From NCBI GenBank assembly GCA_963693365.1, contig CAVNZM010000003.1, positions 10,074,101-10,138,100 on the forward strand: DNA of 64,000 nucleotides, in the 5' to 3' direction. The DNA comes from Amoebidium appalachense. Taxonomy: Eukaryota > Protista > Ichthyosporea. The notes under the pieces were generated by a model, which was given only the letters and a program-made list of their open reading frames with translations, had not been told where the DNA came from and ran no database searches. Positions 1 to 14,486 of this stretch are shown one piece after another. How positions within the stretch are numbered: the first letter of the stretch is position 1; each line of letters starts with the position of its first letter. A program made the position numbers and the translations under genes.

Positions 1-650
1 TACCCAATCGGAGAGCGCTGTAATCATAGGGCGAAACGATTGGCTCGCATGGCGACTAAGGAGTCCCACTAAACTCCTCGTTGTAGGTGGTCGTGTCAGA
101 TCACTAAATTCACTTATTCCCAGGAACAATAACACGACTGCATTTTGCTATATATATATAGCAGAGTAAAAAAAAGGCTAACTTACATGTTTTTTAGCAC
201 CAAAAACCGTTTTTTTATGATGTTACAGTTCTAAATAAATTTGCTTGATGGATTTTTTAATGGGAAATAAAATATATTCCCGAGATCCATTTTCAACACA
301 CCCCTCATTCTAAGGTCTCGGGGGTCAACAAGAGTCGCCATTCGAAAAACGGTTTTTGAAGAACGTTTGTGACTTTGTCACAGACTGTGTACATAGGCTA
401 TTCATTATACAGATTATTACGGGGGAAATGTGCTAATATAAGACTTTCAGTGGATGGAAACCAGCGACTGAGCCACACCGGGGTATTGAGTGTTATGCCA
501 TGAACAAACCCTGAAAAACATGAAGTCGACATCTGCGATGCTCCGCCAGAGCCACGTGTACAACATAACCATATACTGTAGCTGCCCCAAAACTATTAGT
601 GTGTCCAGAACACCCACGTCGAAAGGCTATACTAGGCATACACCCCTGGG

Positions 651-909
651 AACATACACCCCCGGGAACTGTCTTCTGTTAGCAAACTCTTGTTTTTCAT
701 TGATTGGTGCTACAGATTTTACATGATAAATTGGTGCAGCGCAGTAGTAGCATGGAAATCTATTCGTTTGAAATCTGCACATGTTTGATTGAGGGTGTTC
801 GTCTCGGGCCTTGCAGAAGGTCGATGCTCATGTTATCCCGCGCTGAATGGACCTACTTTTAGAAGCACAGCTGTCTCTTTTATATGGTAAAGCAGTGGTG
901 AATGGTCGC
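651..909 (+). pseudogene. Degenerate relic of a non-LTR reverse transcriptase related to families A/B
   Basis: 814-909 translates as QKVDAHVIPR*MDLLLEAQLSLLYGKAVVNGR, aligning with family A EKLAARGVPHCIGVLLEALLSQTYGRAVVNGH. Upstream frameshifted pieces (NSCF, LHD, LKSAH) match NSCY, LHD and WKTAY. Confidence 0.7.
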
Positions 910-2459
910 CGAATTCATAGACTTTCTTGAGCCATAGATCTCGTGCATGCTGAGCCCTATGAATAGAACATTTTATGGGCAATTTGGATTAGAAGTCTAA
1001 CGCACATGCCGAATCGGGTAACGATGGCCCCATCATGAGCTATCTTCTCTATTTCTTTCTGTATGTGATGACCTCTCTCCCTCCCCCCTCCCCTCCCCCT
1101 CCCTCCCCCCCCTTCCTCTCCCCAATTGTGTCCGCACTGTGTGTCTCATCGTGTAGATGTCCTTCGTGCCTGATATGACTTGCCAGGACGTACACATGCT
1201 GCAAACAAAGACTGCATGAGTTAAGTTCGCCACTGCTGTTTCATGTCTTTTTTAATGACCTTTTTTCCAATCACAAAAAGAAACCCCACGGCTAAGACTT
1301 GACTTTGTGATTCTGAGCAAGTGCTGTAAACTGTTACCTTTACTAATTGTGTGAGATGCTTGAAGATAGAATTGATGTACACCTCACTTCCCCTATGGCC
1401 TCTTCGTATTTAAGGAGGGGGTAGCAGCAACTTTGAGGGTAACCGTTGGGAACCATCCGCCCCCTCTTTGGACGGGTGCCCTCTTCCCCTTCCCCCCCCC
1501 CCCCCCCCCTCCCGTCTTTCTCGAGGGGCCCACTCACAGCTCTGGGGGGAGGGGGAGAGGGGCGGGAAGGGGGTTCCCACTTAGAGGGTGGGGGGCAATC
1601 ATCAGGTGGGCCCACCCACCACCTCCGGATCGTTGGATTTAGCCTTCCCGCGTATCCAGCTGCATGCACACGCATAGAGGTATACCGCTCGTCTATACAT
1701 GCACAAGCTTGCTTCACACCCCTGCTCACCTCATCCTTAGCCCCTCCCCTCCCCCCCCCCGCCCCTCCTTCTTCCCCCCCTTCCCCCTCCCCTCCTCCAG
1801 TCAGACTGTCTGTTATTCCACCTTTCCCCAACTGGTGTGATTGTGCCACGTGTGGCAAAATATTATCCAGTAGCCCATAGGGTGGGAGTATGGCGCTCCA
1901 GTTCACTTGTAACACGCGCATATGGTTGCAAGGTGCACAAGAGACACATATCTCCCCCCGAATTTGGGAGTTGAGGGGGAGGGGGGGGGGTGGGGGGATT
2001 GGCTCTGTTGCTTTTGCCTGATTCAAAGGCCTAAAAGAGCCCGCTTTGAACCTGTTGTGATAGTACAATGACTGTGATCAAGTTATGAATAATTGGTGAA
2101 TGGATGGATCCATATGGGTGAATGTTGCACGAGTTTGTGTATTAGGTGAATACTACTGTGCTTAACTTTTTCGGCAAGTTTCGAGTTCTGCTCATTCTTC
2201 TATCTAATCGGATTTCGCTCTCATAGTTCGCACATTCTGGGCTGAGTCTTGGAAGAATTTGGTGTTTCTTACTACACCGGTGTTTTGCCTGTTTCTTTTT
2301 TTTTTCTTTTTTTCCCGTTCAGTTTTTTTTTTCGGCCGGTGTTGGGGGGAGGGGGCGGGGGGGGGGTCCAAGCTTCGATAGGATCACAGATCGCGCTTCA
2401 ACATGGACGTAAACTTGACAAACCCCGAGGTCGGAAAGGACGCTTCCCTAGCGCTAGCC

Positions 2460-2516
<57 letters not shown>

Positions 2517-2645
2517 CGGGGGCCCCCTTCTTTTCACCCTAACCATGTGCACCACGGCAACTAACAATTGTACCGCCGTTCCACACCCAACCCGCGCAAA
2601 CCTATCGCCCTCCCTCCCTCCCACTTCCCATACCCACAAACACGT

Positions 2646-2690
<45 letters not shown>

Positions 2691-2735
2691 GCACATAAAC
2701 ACACGCACACGCACCGGCCACGCGCACATGCACAT

Positions 2736-2780
<45 letters not shown>

Positions 2781-2782
2781 GT

Positions 2783-2835
<53 letters not shown>

Positions 2836-3460
2836 CATTGCCAAGAGCTATTTGCACAAATTTGGGATCGTCTTAGCACTTTTGTTCTTGGTCGTTATAC
2901 CGCCGTTGTGACACAGCGCAAATTCGACTACCATCAATGATAAGACCGTTGAAATTTGCACCCCCGTCATTTCCGGCCGTTACCAATAGATTTGGGAGAC
3001 TAAGCCCGTACGCGTAGGGACTCCACGAACATACATGTTTACATAATTTCTGAAATGATGGGGGTGCTGTGCGTTTGCTTCAGAAATTCAATCCACATCT
3101 GACTACTACATAGTAAATCAATCCAATCCACGTGATCCGATATAATGGCTACATACCATAAAAGGCAAGAGTAATAGATAAAAAACCTAGTAGGCGTTTG
3201 AGACGTGTATGTTTGACACAGAGAGGGGCAGAAAGAAGTGGTGGGTTCCCCGGGGTCCCCAGGATGATGGGGACCGGCGGAGAGGGGGCCGGGGGGGGGG
3301 GGGGGGGGGGGGGGGGTAGGCAAGCATTGCTGTGTAGACATCGGAATTCCTAACAATGGTTATTTCCCATTTTTTAGGAAAGACAAAAACAACTTTTGTT
3401 TTTAAGCAACGTAAATTCCAAAGGATATCAGCATCCGTGACGATAATACTTGGCGCATGT
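2836..3460 (-). pseudogene. Possible exon relics of a DxD-motif glycosyltransferase-like gene
   Basis: The minus-strand peptide APSIIVTDADILWN has the hhhhDxDhh pattern of GT-A fold enzymes. Neighbouring complex-sequence blocks contain stops. Motif-only evidence. Confidence 0.2.
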
Positions 3461-3607
3461 GTCCGTGCAGATGTGTCGTTTCCCTTTCTGCCTTCTTGTC
3501 GTTTTGTTTTTGTTGTTTTTTTTGTTTTTGAGAAAAAAAAAGAAAATCCGTAAAAATGGGAGAAAATGGGGTTAAAAGGCACCAGAGGGTAAAAAGTGTG
3601 TGGCTAT

Positions 3608-3638
<31 letters not shown>

Positions 3639-3910
3639 GGGGGGGGGTTGTGTGTGTGTGTGTGGGCCCTCGGAGGGGGGGGGGGGGGGAACTAAAAAGG
3701 TGTCGATGTGAGAGCAAACATGCACACGATGACGTTTTTGCATCCTCGTAACCCACACCATTAAGATCAGAGTCATACCCACGCAACACACATGTACATC
3801 AGTATGCACAGCCAGACACACACACACACACCTTTTCACACAAGCACATGCACACCGGCACTACATGTACACACATGCCCACATCCATATGCACACTCGT
3901 GCAACTAGAT

Positions 3911-4388
3911 GCACACATGCTATAGTAGTAGTACGCACACATGCTATAGTAGTAGCACGCACACATGCTATAGTAGTAGCACGCACACATGCTATAGTAG
4001 TAGCACGCACACATGCTATAGTAGTAGCACGCACACATGCTATAGTAGTAGCACTGCGCACACATGCTATAGTAGTAGCACGCACACATGCTATAGTAGT
4101 AGCACGCACACATGCTATAGTAGTAGCACGCACACATGCTATAGTAGCCTAACTACGGCACGCACACGTGCTATAGTAGTAGCACGCACACGTGCTATAG
4201 TAGTAGCACGCACACGTGCTATAGTAGTACGGCACGGTGACGTGCTATAGTAGTAGCACGCACACATGCTATAGTAGTAGCACGCACACGTGCTATAGTA
4301 GTAGCACGCACACGTGCTATAGTAGTAGCACGCACACGTGCTATAGTAGTAGCATGCACACGTGCTATAGTAGTAGTATGCACACATG
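3911..4388. repeat. 24-bp minisatellite, ~20 units (GCACACATGCTATAGTAGTAGCAC)
   Basis: Head-to-tail repeats read directly. Most units after ~4160 carry CACGTG instead of CACATG. Confidence 0.95.
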
Positions 4389-4846
4389 ATGCACCCACAT
4401 GCAGACGCACATCTACGTGAACACATGCACATGTGTGCACCCATTGTCACACACATACACCCTCGTGCACACAAGCACACATAACGCCACGCACACGTGC
4501 AATTGCACACCCTACGCACATCCACAAGAAAAGTTTCAACGCACAGGCCCCTCACGGGCACATGTACACATCTACAAGCACACACACCCTTGCACACATA
4601 TGCATATGCGCATGCACACGCTCACATCCACACAGAGAGCTCGAGCACCCGGTACCAGCACTAATTTAGTTTATTACTGGGTACAGCTGGTTCATTTCAT
4701 GATGCTGTGTGTTCGTAGTATTAACATCCCAATTGACCCACCCCACCCCCCACCCCCCCCCCCCCCTAAAAAAAAAAAAAAAAAGAAAGGGGAAAAAAAA
4801 AAAACCACCCGTACGTGACCCGCCACCCGACACACTCCCTGTGACC

Positions 4847-4879
<33 letters not shown>

Positions 4880-5261
4880 ATCTCCCCCTGTCATCTTAAA
4901 AGTAAAACGTGGATGCGGTTCATCAGAACCAAGTTGAGATGCATAAATGTCTTGATTCCCACACAGCATGTATACAGCATTCTACACAGCTAATATTAAC
5001 CCCCCCCCCCCCCCCCTTCCCCTTTCCCCTTTCCCTCCTTAGACGACCAGCCAACCAGTGTCCCTGAAAACCTTAAGCTTTCAAGCACAACATCCCCCCC
5101 CCCCCCCCCCCCCCCCCTCCTTTTCCCACCCTGCCTACAGAAACCACCAACACCTTCTCCAACCCCCCATCCCCCCCCCCCCCCCCCCCCCCGCCCTCCC
5201 CCCAGGCCCCGGGTGGTTGTCTATAAATGACATATATGTTTCCACCAAACCGTTACATTAT

Positions 5262-5302
<41 letters not shown>

Positions 5303-5687
5303 TCCCCCCCCCCCCCCCCCCCCAAACTCACCCCCGGCGGCAAGTTTGTATGATCTCCCATAGTCTAGAGCCATCTCTGTGTTCAAGTCTGTCTTGATGT
5401 CAGGATTTACCCCCCCCCCCCCCCCCCCCCCCCCCCAACCCACACACACACACACACACCTCACCCCACCCGAACCCCCCTTTCCCCCCCTCCCCTCTCC
5501 CCCCCCCCCCCCAGCCTCCCCGCACAGGCTCCCCCGGAAAATGAAAGCAAAGTCTGTCCGATGTTAGAACGGGAAAAAGCCGCGGTAGCATCCCCCCCCC
5601 CCTCTTCCCCACCTTCGATCTAATCCTCTCCGTTCATCCCATCATCACCATTACCGATCCAGGCAAACTCTTTGTAAACATGCCTTC

Positions 5688-5726
<39 letters not shown>

Positions 5727-6763
5727 AAAAAAATAAAAATAAAAAAGAAAAAATAAAATAAAATAAAAACTCCTCTATTAACTCTCATAATCCCCCCCCC
5801 CCCCCCCCCCCCCCTTTCCTAATCCTCCCTCCCTTCCTTTCCTTCCTCCCCCCCCCTCCCCCCCCGTCCCCCCCCCCACCACCACCACCCTCCTCCCCCC
5901 CCCCCCACACACTCACTTGGAGTCCAAAACCCACCCACCCACACACACGGATTATGCGCACACCAATCTTGGCTTGCGCAGATCCACTTGTGGTTAATGG
6001 TGCATAGTTTATATATGTACATGTGCTTAGGTACCGTAGATCGCAGCATCTGGTTATGTGCATGGCTTACTGCGTGTGTGCACGTGGTGCTAAGTCTTGA
6101 GCATCATATTTAAGTTCACGTGTCTAAGATAGTAAGTTCTTCAACAGTGATTGCAAAACCATCATTATGTACATTCCTCATGAGGTTATACTATCGTCTC
6201 CAAAAATAAATCCACTCCCAGGTGTCTTTTACTGGGATTTCACAGCTTTAGTGCGGCAAAATCTAAATGCGATTGGGGCTGCACATCACAAACTATGGTG
6301 GCATTCAATCAATTTTCAAGTTGGATCACAAAACACAGTTGGAACTATTTTGTTCTACACACAAGCGCACATACTTTTTTTTTTGACACACCTCTTCGCC
6401 CACTTAAGCGCCCTAGGACCCCTCGAATCAAGCGCCATCTTAACCCATCGGTCCCCCCCCCCCCCCCCCCCCCATCCCCCCTTCCCCACCTTTCGAATTC
6501 TCCCCGGGAAATTTCCCTCCCCTCGAAGTTCTTTTTCCTCGATCAATAGATTTGGAATGATTCCATGAAAGGCTGTAAATCGAACTTCGAGCATCGATGC
6601 TGTGTGGTTAAATTTTTTTTTCGCATATTCTCTGTTCAGCTGGTTATATTTTAACCCATAGTTGTCTTGCTTAATACACGGGATGAAGAATGCAATGGTG
6701 TGACGATCTGAAAACAGGCTCTCGCGTACTGTTGTGTGGTTTTGTGGCTTTGTGTGTGCCACG

Positions 6764-7720
<957 letters not shown>

Positions 7721-8971
7721 GGGGGGGCGTTGTGGGATGGCAAGGGCGGGGCGGGGTGGGGCGGGCGGGGGGGGGGGGGAGGGGGGAGGGGGGGGGATTG
7801 CTGTGGAAAGGTAAGACGGGAGTGCCTTACGGGGAGGGGGAGGGGGAGGGGGTGGGGGGAAGGGGTGAGGGGAAGGGGGGGGTTGTTGTGGAGAGGCAAC
7901 TGGGAAGGGGGGGGGAGGAAGGGGGGAGGCCTAGGGGGAGGAGGAGGAGGGCGGGAGGAGGGGGGATTCGGTAGGCACCGGGAAACCACACGGTTAGCTG
8001 TGCAAAGGGAGGAAATGGGGAAAAACAAACCTAGCCAACCAGGCACCCCCCCAAAGTGTCAGGATGCGTGGTGGTGGTGGTGGTGATGGTGGTGGTGGGG
8101 GCGGGGGGCGGGCGGGGGGGGGGGGGGGGGGGGGGGGGGGGGAAGTGAATTTGAGTTGCTTCCTATTATTCTCCCTTCCCCCCCTTTCCTTCCGTGTGGC
8201 GGGTTTCTTAATTCAAAACTCCTTATCTTAGGGTACATATAGCCCGCCACCCATTTTGAACGTGGTTGCTCAGAAGCATCCTTCGGCTTTACACTGCAGC
8301 ACAGTGCCTTTCCTGCCCGAAGGCGTAGTTGCGTAGTTGGACTGGCAACCATACACACTATTCTGAATAGGCATCTTTATACCCCATTTTAGATTAGCAA
8401 AATACGTAGCTTACCGGGGTTCATTTTGAAATTTCACTATGTAATTGATCAAATTTCATATGTAGGATTATCGGCCCCCACTGAGTATCGGGAGTTAGGG
8501 AGTATGGGGGATTACGATCTGCCGTTATGCACATGCATGGTTCATCCCCGCACTCAATTTGATTGGTGTGGACATAACGGACCAATAATCTAATATACCA
8601 TATATGGTATATAAGGAAATTTATTTTTGGACATTTATTCGTTAAGAGCCAAGGATTTTGGCATTCGTTTGGTGTTTGTCCTAAGCAAAAAACAACAACA
8701 GTATGAGGCCGCCTGCTCGGAAAACGTAATTACATGTAAACAACAGCTTGAACTTAACACGTACTGACGTGTTGCCGCACGTGCGACGTTTTAACATCTA
8801 CTCAGGCGAAAAAAAAAAAAGAAAAAAAAAAAAGAAAGGAGACACCGCCTCACTGCAAGCCCGACCATAACCCCGTTTTTACGGTAAAAAATACCCAGAA
8901 CATTTTGAAAATACCAACAAAATTTCGGTTCATGGTAAGCCTCCCGACGTTTCATGGTAAGACATGGTAAG

Positions 8972-9053
<82 letters not shown>

Positions 9054-9169
9054 CGCCCGCCCGGCCCCCATGCATATGGCTGCGTATTATGACACAACAC
9101 ATGTGGTAAACCATGATATCATACGTATACAGGCATCACATGATACGGATATTCCAAAGTAGTGGCGCC

Positions 9170-9239
9170 ACGTGTGTGTGTGTGCTATGTGTGACATGTG
9201 TACATGTGTGTGTGTGTGTGCGTGTGTGTGTGTACATGT

Positions 9240-9270
<31 letters not shown>

Positions 9271-9934
9271 CATGCGCGCGCGCGTGTGCGCATGTGTACT
9301 TGTGTGTGTGTGTGTGTGCCCGTGCGTGCGCACGCGCGTGTGTGCCTGTGTGCGGTGCCGTTTGTTTTTGTATGCGCGGTGTGTGTGTGTGTGTCCACGT
9401 GTGTGTTTGCGTGCATGTGTGTGAAAAGTTGTGTGTGCACGTGCACGTGTGCGCTCGTGCGCGTGCGGCAACGACACACACACACACACACACGCACGCA
9501 CACGCACACACACACACACCTTCACACACCGTGGCACACACACACACACACATGTGCACAGACACGCACACAGCTAGTACTCCGGCCCACACATACACAG
9601 ACACACATGTACACGGCACACATATGGTGTATACTCACGGACGTGACACTGTGGCACACACACACAGTGTTGTACAAGCGTACACACCGGCACACACCGT
9701 CACACACACTCATAAACGCTATCCACACACACACTGCCATACTAGTACACACACGTGACACACACACAGAGCACACACACATACACCCACCCAGCCACCC
9801 ACACACACCACACGTACACGCTCGCCACACACTGTAACACACACCCACCGTGACTGACTAACACACATATGTAGTATACACGTTAACACACACACACACA
9901 TGCACACACACACTGACGTACACGCACACACACA

Positions 9935-9983
<49 letters not shown>

Positions 9984-10026
9984 ACACACAAACACACACA
10001 CGTGACACACACACACAGTGACCGTG

Positions 10027-10122
<96 letters not shown>

Positions 10123-10301
10123 TGACACACCGTACACACACACCATGACACACACACACTGACACACACCGTATCACACATCATGGCATACACACACATC
10201 ATGATACACATGCACATGTACACGCCCGTCCCCCGTACTGATCATGATCAGCGCTGACAAACACACATACACATGTACACACCGTCACACACACACATCA
10301 T

Positions 10302-10336
<35 letters not shown>

Positions 10337-10411
10337 TACACTGCACGCACACTGCACACACACACACACAAACTCACACAAACAAACACATACACCGTGA
10401 CACACACACAC

Positions 10412-10494
<83 letters not shown>

Positions 10495-10850
10495 ACACCC
10501 ACACACCCACACACACACACACACCGTGACACGCACACACACCCACACACTAGTACACACAGACACACACACATACAGACACACACACACCGTGTCCGTG
10601 ACACACACACACAAACATACGCACACCACGCGTCACACACACTCAATGTACCATGGGGTACGCACACACACCGTGACACACAGACACGCTCACTACGGTG
10701 ACGCACTGACACGCACACACACCCACACACACCGTGACACACACAGACACGCGCACACATACACACACACTCTCTCTCTGTGACACACACACACATCATG
10801 GCATGGACACACACACGCAAACACCCACACGAGAGAGAGAGAGAGAGAGC
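9170..10850. repeat. Degenerate (GT)n then (CA)n microsatellite field
   Basis: Low-complexity dinucleotide sequence whose polarity switches near 9470. Confidence 0.9.
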
Positions 10851-11216
10851 GAGAAATGGCCAGAGAGAGTCGGAGGGAGTAAGCGTCAGTTTGTGTGTGC
10901 ATGTCACGGTACACATCATGTGTGTGGCCCAGATAGTGTGTGGTCGTGTATGAGCATGTGACTCAAAAGACTTGGAGGGTGATCTAACAAACGAACAAAC
11001 AAACAAAAAAGAGACGGGAAATCATGTGCAGGGGAGGGGAGGGGAGGGGGGGGGGGGGGGGGGGGGGTGATAGGAACGGATTAGGGAGGAAGAGACAGAG
11101 TGAAACTCAGGAGGAAAGACTTGGGGGGGGGGGGGGGGAGGGGGGGGGGGGGGCTGGAGAAAAGGGAAAGGAACGTTCGGGGAGTCAGGATACTAAGGGG
11201 GGAGCACTTCGTGTGT

Positions 11217-11247
<31 letters not shown>

Positions 11248-11357
11248 GGGAGATGGTTGGTTTGTGGAGGGCCCCCCGGGGGGCAAGGGGTGGGGGAGAG
11301 GGGACTGTAAGGCCTTTACACCGGGAATGCCGGAGGGGGTGGGGTGTGTCTGTGTAT

Positions 11358-11403
<46 letters not shown>

Positions 11404-11889
11404 GGGGGATGTAATTCCAGATTTTCGGTGTTTCATCAGAGATAGAAGACATGTGCTGTGTCCAACAATTTCATTTCAAAGTGGGGGCCTTCTCTTTTCG
11501 TTCCGTATTACACAGTGTTGAGACGATACTAGACTCAGTCTCCTACTTACATGTACATATTCTTACCTTTATACGACTCTAACATTGTTGTTAAGAGAAA
11601 AAAACGAAGGGAAAAAAGGATCATCATGATAACGAAGGGAAGGGGACGGGAGAAAAAAAAAAAAAAAGAACTTATTCACTGAAACAATTCTGTATCTTTT
11701 TCAGGCCAACAAAACGTTATCAACCACAACACGTGTTATGTTTTACATATATCAGACTGTATTTCTTTCTGCCATAGTATTGCTGGAGAATGCTGATGCT
11801 ATTTATCAACGTTGTTGAGTCCCACTTTGCGTGCGTCACCATCTATTCAAGTTAGATTGATCTGTGCTAGGGCCCGGGAGCTCCAGAGA

Positions 11890-11938
11890 GCTAAAGAGAG
11901 GGAGAGAGCTGAGAGAAAGAGAGAGTCGAGAGACAGAC

Positions 11939-12001
<63 letters not shown>

Positions 12002-12059
12002 AAGAGAGAGAGAGAGAGAGAGAGGGAGGGAGGGAGGGAGGGGGAGAGAGAGTGAGAGC

Positions 12060-12098
<39 letters not shown>

Positions 12099-12141
12099 CG
12101 AGAGAGAGAAGATATATAGAGAGAAGGAGAGAGAGAGAGAG
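11890..12141. repeat. (GA)n microsatellite
   Basis: Seen directly. Confidence 0.9.
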
Positions 12142-12526
12142 ACAACTTACACAAACACATATGCACATATATATTATCAAACACGACGCATCACATACAC
12201 ACTTCTGCGCGTGCGCGCACGCCCCTCATAAGACATATGCCCGCAAGATACGGAGCAACTCCCGAGCTTAGATTGCGCAAACAGTGCCCCGCCAAATGAC
12301 ATGGTACGAAAAATACCATAACCCGAAGGGGGGGTTTACGCTGTTTACTCGAGGCAAAGAGAACCAGTCTCAGGTATGGGGGGGGGGGTTTTGCTCGGAA
12401 TATCCCCTCAGCGGTATATCATGATCACGTACATAGATGTCGGGTGGTGACTATATATCAGGGTTTACTTTCTCTACGAGACACCATAAAGACTACAAGG
12501 AGAAATCAATTAGTTGGGGTTCCCCG

Positions 12527-12557
<31 letters not shown>

Positions 12558-12589
12558 GGGCTCCCCTCGGGACACTCGGTATCAGCTGG

Positions 12590-12640
<51 letters not shown>

Positions 12641-12660
12641 TGTGTGTGTGTGCGCGTGCG

Positions 12661-14486
12661 CTATAATTTTGTAGTGATGTGTTTCTCAAGCCAATCAATA
12701 CATCTAATAAACAGGTCGTAGTTACGCGTGTTTAGTATAAAATCAAGGATGTTGTAATTTACAGGTAGGCTATCTTTCTGGGTGTCTGTTGTGAATGTGA
12801 CGTGTGTGTGTTGCGGTATTATGTGGTCTATCAAACTACATTTGGCGATACATGACCGGTTAAACTGGTGTGTGTGTGTGTTGTTTGGGCATGCAAATGA
12901 TGCCACCTTATACTTATTAGATCTCCACTGTATAGCACGTGTACAGTAAAAGCGTGGTAATTGATCAATAATACCATCAGCTAGAGAAAGACCAGTTCTA
13001 CAGGAAGGTAATATGTATTTAGGTGTTATACACTTGCGAGTGCCATATTTGGCAATATGGTTGAGGCGGTCAGTATATATAAAACGAGACATAAGGCTTA
13101 GTTTTTCAAGGTGTATGCTTTCATCGGGTCTAGTGTCGTGTGGTATCTTTTTCCATTTGTTATATTGCGTGATTATCTTGTGATTGTGTACATGTTTAAT
13201 AAGTAAGTGGCAGTCCAAAGTCACACACACACTATTGCGGGGTTTATTTGTATTTGTGCCCAGGGGAGAAGGGGAGAGAGAGGGGAGGAAAGAGGGGAGA
13301 GGTGAGGAGGGGACAGGTCGGATAGAGAAGAGAGGGTGGGAGGGCAAATACTTCTTTAAGCGGCTTATGTGCTTATTGAATTTCAGCGCGAGATAGGATA
13401 CTCTAGCAGCTATTGGGACCAGACCATATATCGAGAGCGTTACAGGCCCAGGTTTACAACAGTTGTTAGATAGAAAGGAGGCAACTTCTGCTTCAAGGAA
13501 ATTTGCCAAGGGTTTAAGCGCTCTAGTTCTCTCTTTCTTGATCCAAGCGGCGAGAAGGGGTAAACCATATTCACATGCCGGGAAGACAAAAGTGCGAATA
13601 AATGTAAGTCTAATAGAAGGATGGAGGGGTGTGTCTTTAAAAATATTAGCCGAGAAGAAAGCTAACCGCTTACGAGCCAACTCTACCCTCTTTTCGACCA
13701 TATGGGGAAACATAACACCAACAGAATCAACCGGAACACCAAGATATTTGTATTCTGGAACTATAGGTACAGGTTTAGATGATAATGTAAATGTGTGTAA
13801 ATTGTTAGCTATATCAGGTACAAGAACACCACATTTGTCTATGTTAAGGATCATAAGGTTTGCCTTGCACCACTCTGACACTACATCGAACAATCTTTGC
13901 AGGCGTCTAGGGGTACGGGCAAGGAGGGACAGATCATCAGCATAGAGAAGTGCAGGCGGAAAGTTATTAATAGGGTCATCGTTTTCGGCGTAAATCTTGA
14001 CAGCCAAATCATCTATAAATAGGTTAAACAAAAAGGGGCTAAGCAATGAACCCTGCAAGAGACCTCTAGTACGAGCAAAACCATATGAAAGATGCCCATT
14101 AACCACAGCTCTACCATAGGTTTGAGACAAGAGTGCTTCTAACAGAACACCAATGCAGTGTGGTACACCCCGTGCAGCAAGCTTTTCCCATAGGAGACCA
14201 GGGGAGACAGAATCGTAAGCAGTTTTCCAATCAATAAAGCCAACATATTGTGCACCAACTTGCATAGAATCGTGCAGTGCCATTATTTGAACATAACATG
14301 AATTGTTTTTACGAAAAGCGGATTGGCATGGGTGTATGTGAAGAATAGATTGAAACCTAGGGTGATGTGCAAATAACCTAAGTAAGCAAGCTTCAAAGAA
14401 TCTACGAACAACCTGGGTTAGTGTAATGGGGCGAAAGGATGATATGGGGCCCTCAGAGTCCTTCTTAACTATGGGGATCACTAAGG
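12661..14486 (-). pseudogene. A1 RT ORF, 3' portion (RT core, thumb, Cys-rich C-terminal domain)
   Basis: Motifs LVIPIVKK, FRPITL, QSAFR, FIDWKTAYDSV, GLLQGSLLSPFLFNLFIDDL, LYADD, YKYLG. Cut off from its 5' part by the insertion at LDT|LVIP. Confidence 0.92.

Noticed and set aside
2405-2426. GTAAACTTGACAAACCCC as another C-tailed element end
   Set aside because: Imperfect motif, no upstream similarity to the A or B UTRs, and no TSD found.
3911-4388. CRISPR-like array
   Set aside because: Units are contiguous with no unique spacers, there are no cas genes, and the context is eukaryotic.
12328-12340. GGGGTTTA as telomeric repeat / telomere-targeting or Penelope-like element
   Set aside because: Single unit only, insertion sites are internal and unrelated, and the RT motifs are of non-LTR type.
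13463-13945. Antisense ORFs over RT and receptor exons (also 52365-52847, 37308-37628, 46427-46828, 58560-58817)
   Set aside because: Shadows of opposite-strand coding sequence, repeated only because the sense genes are duplicated.
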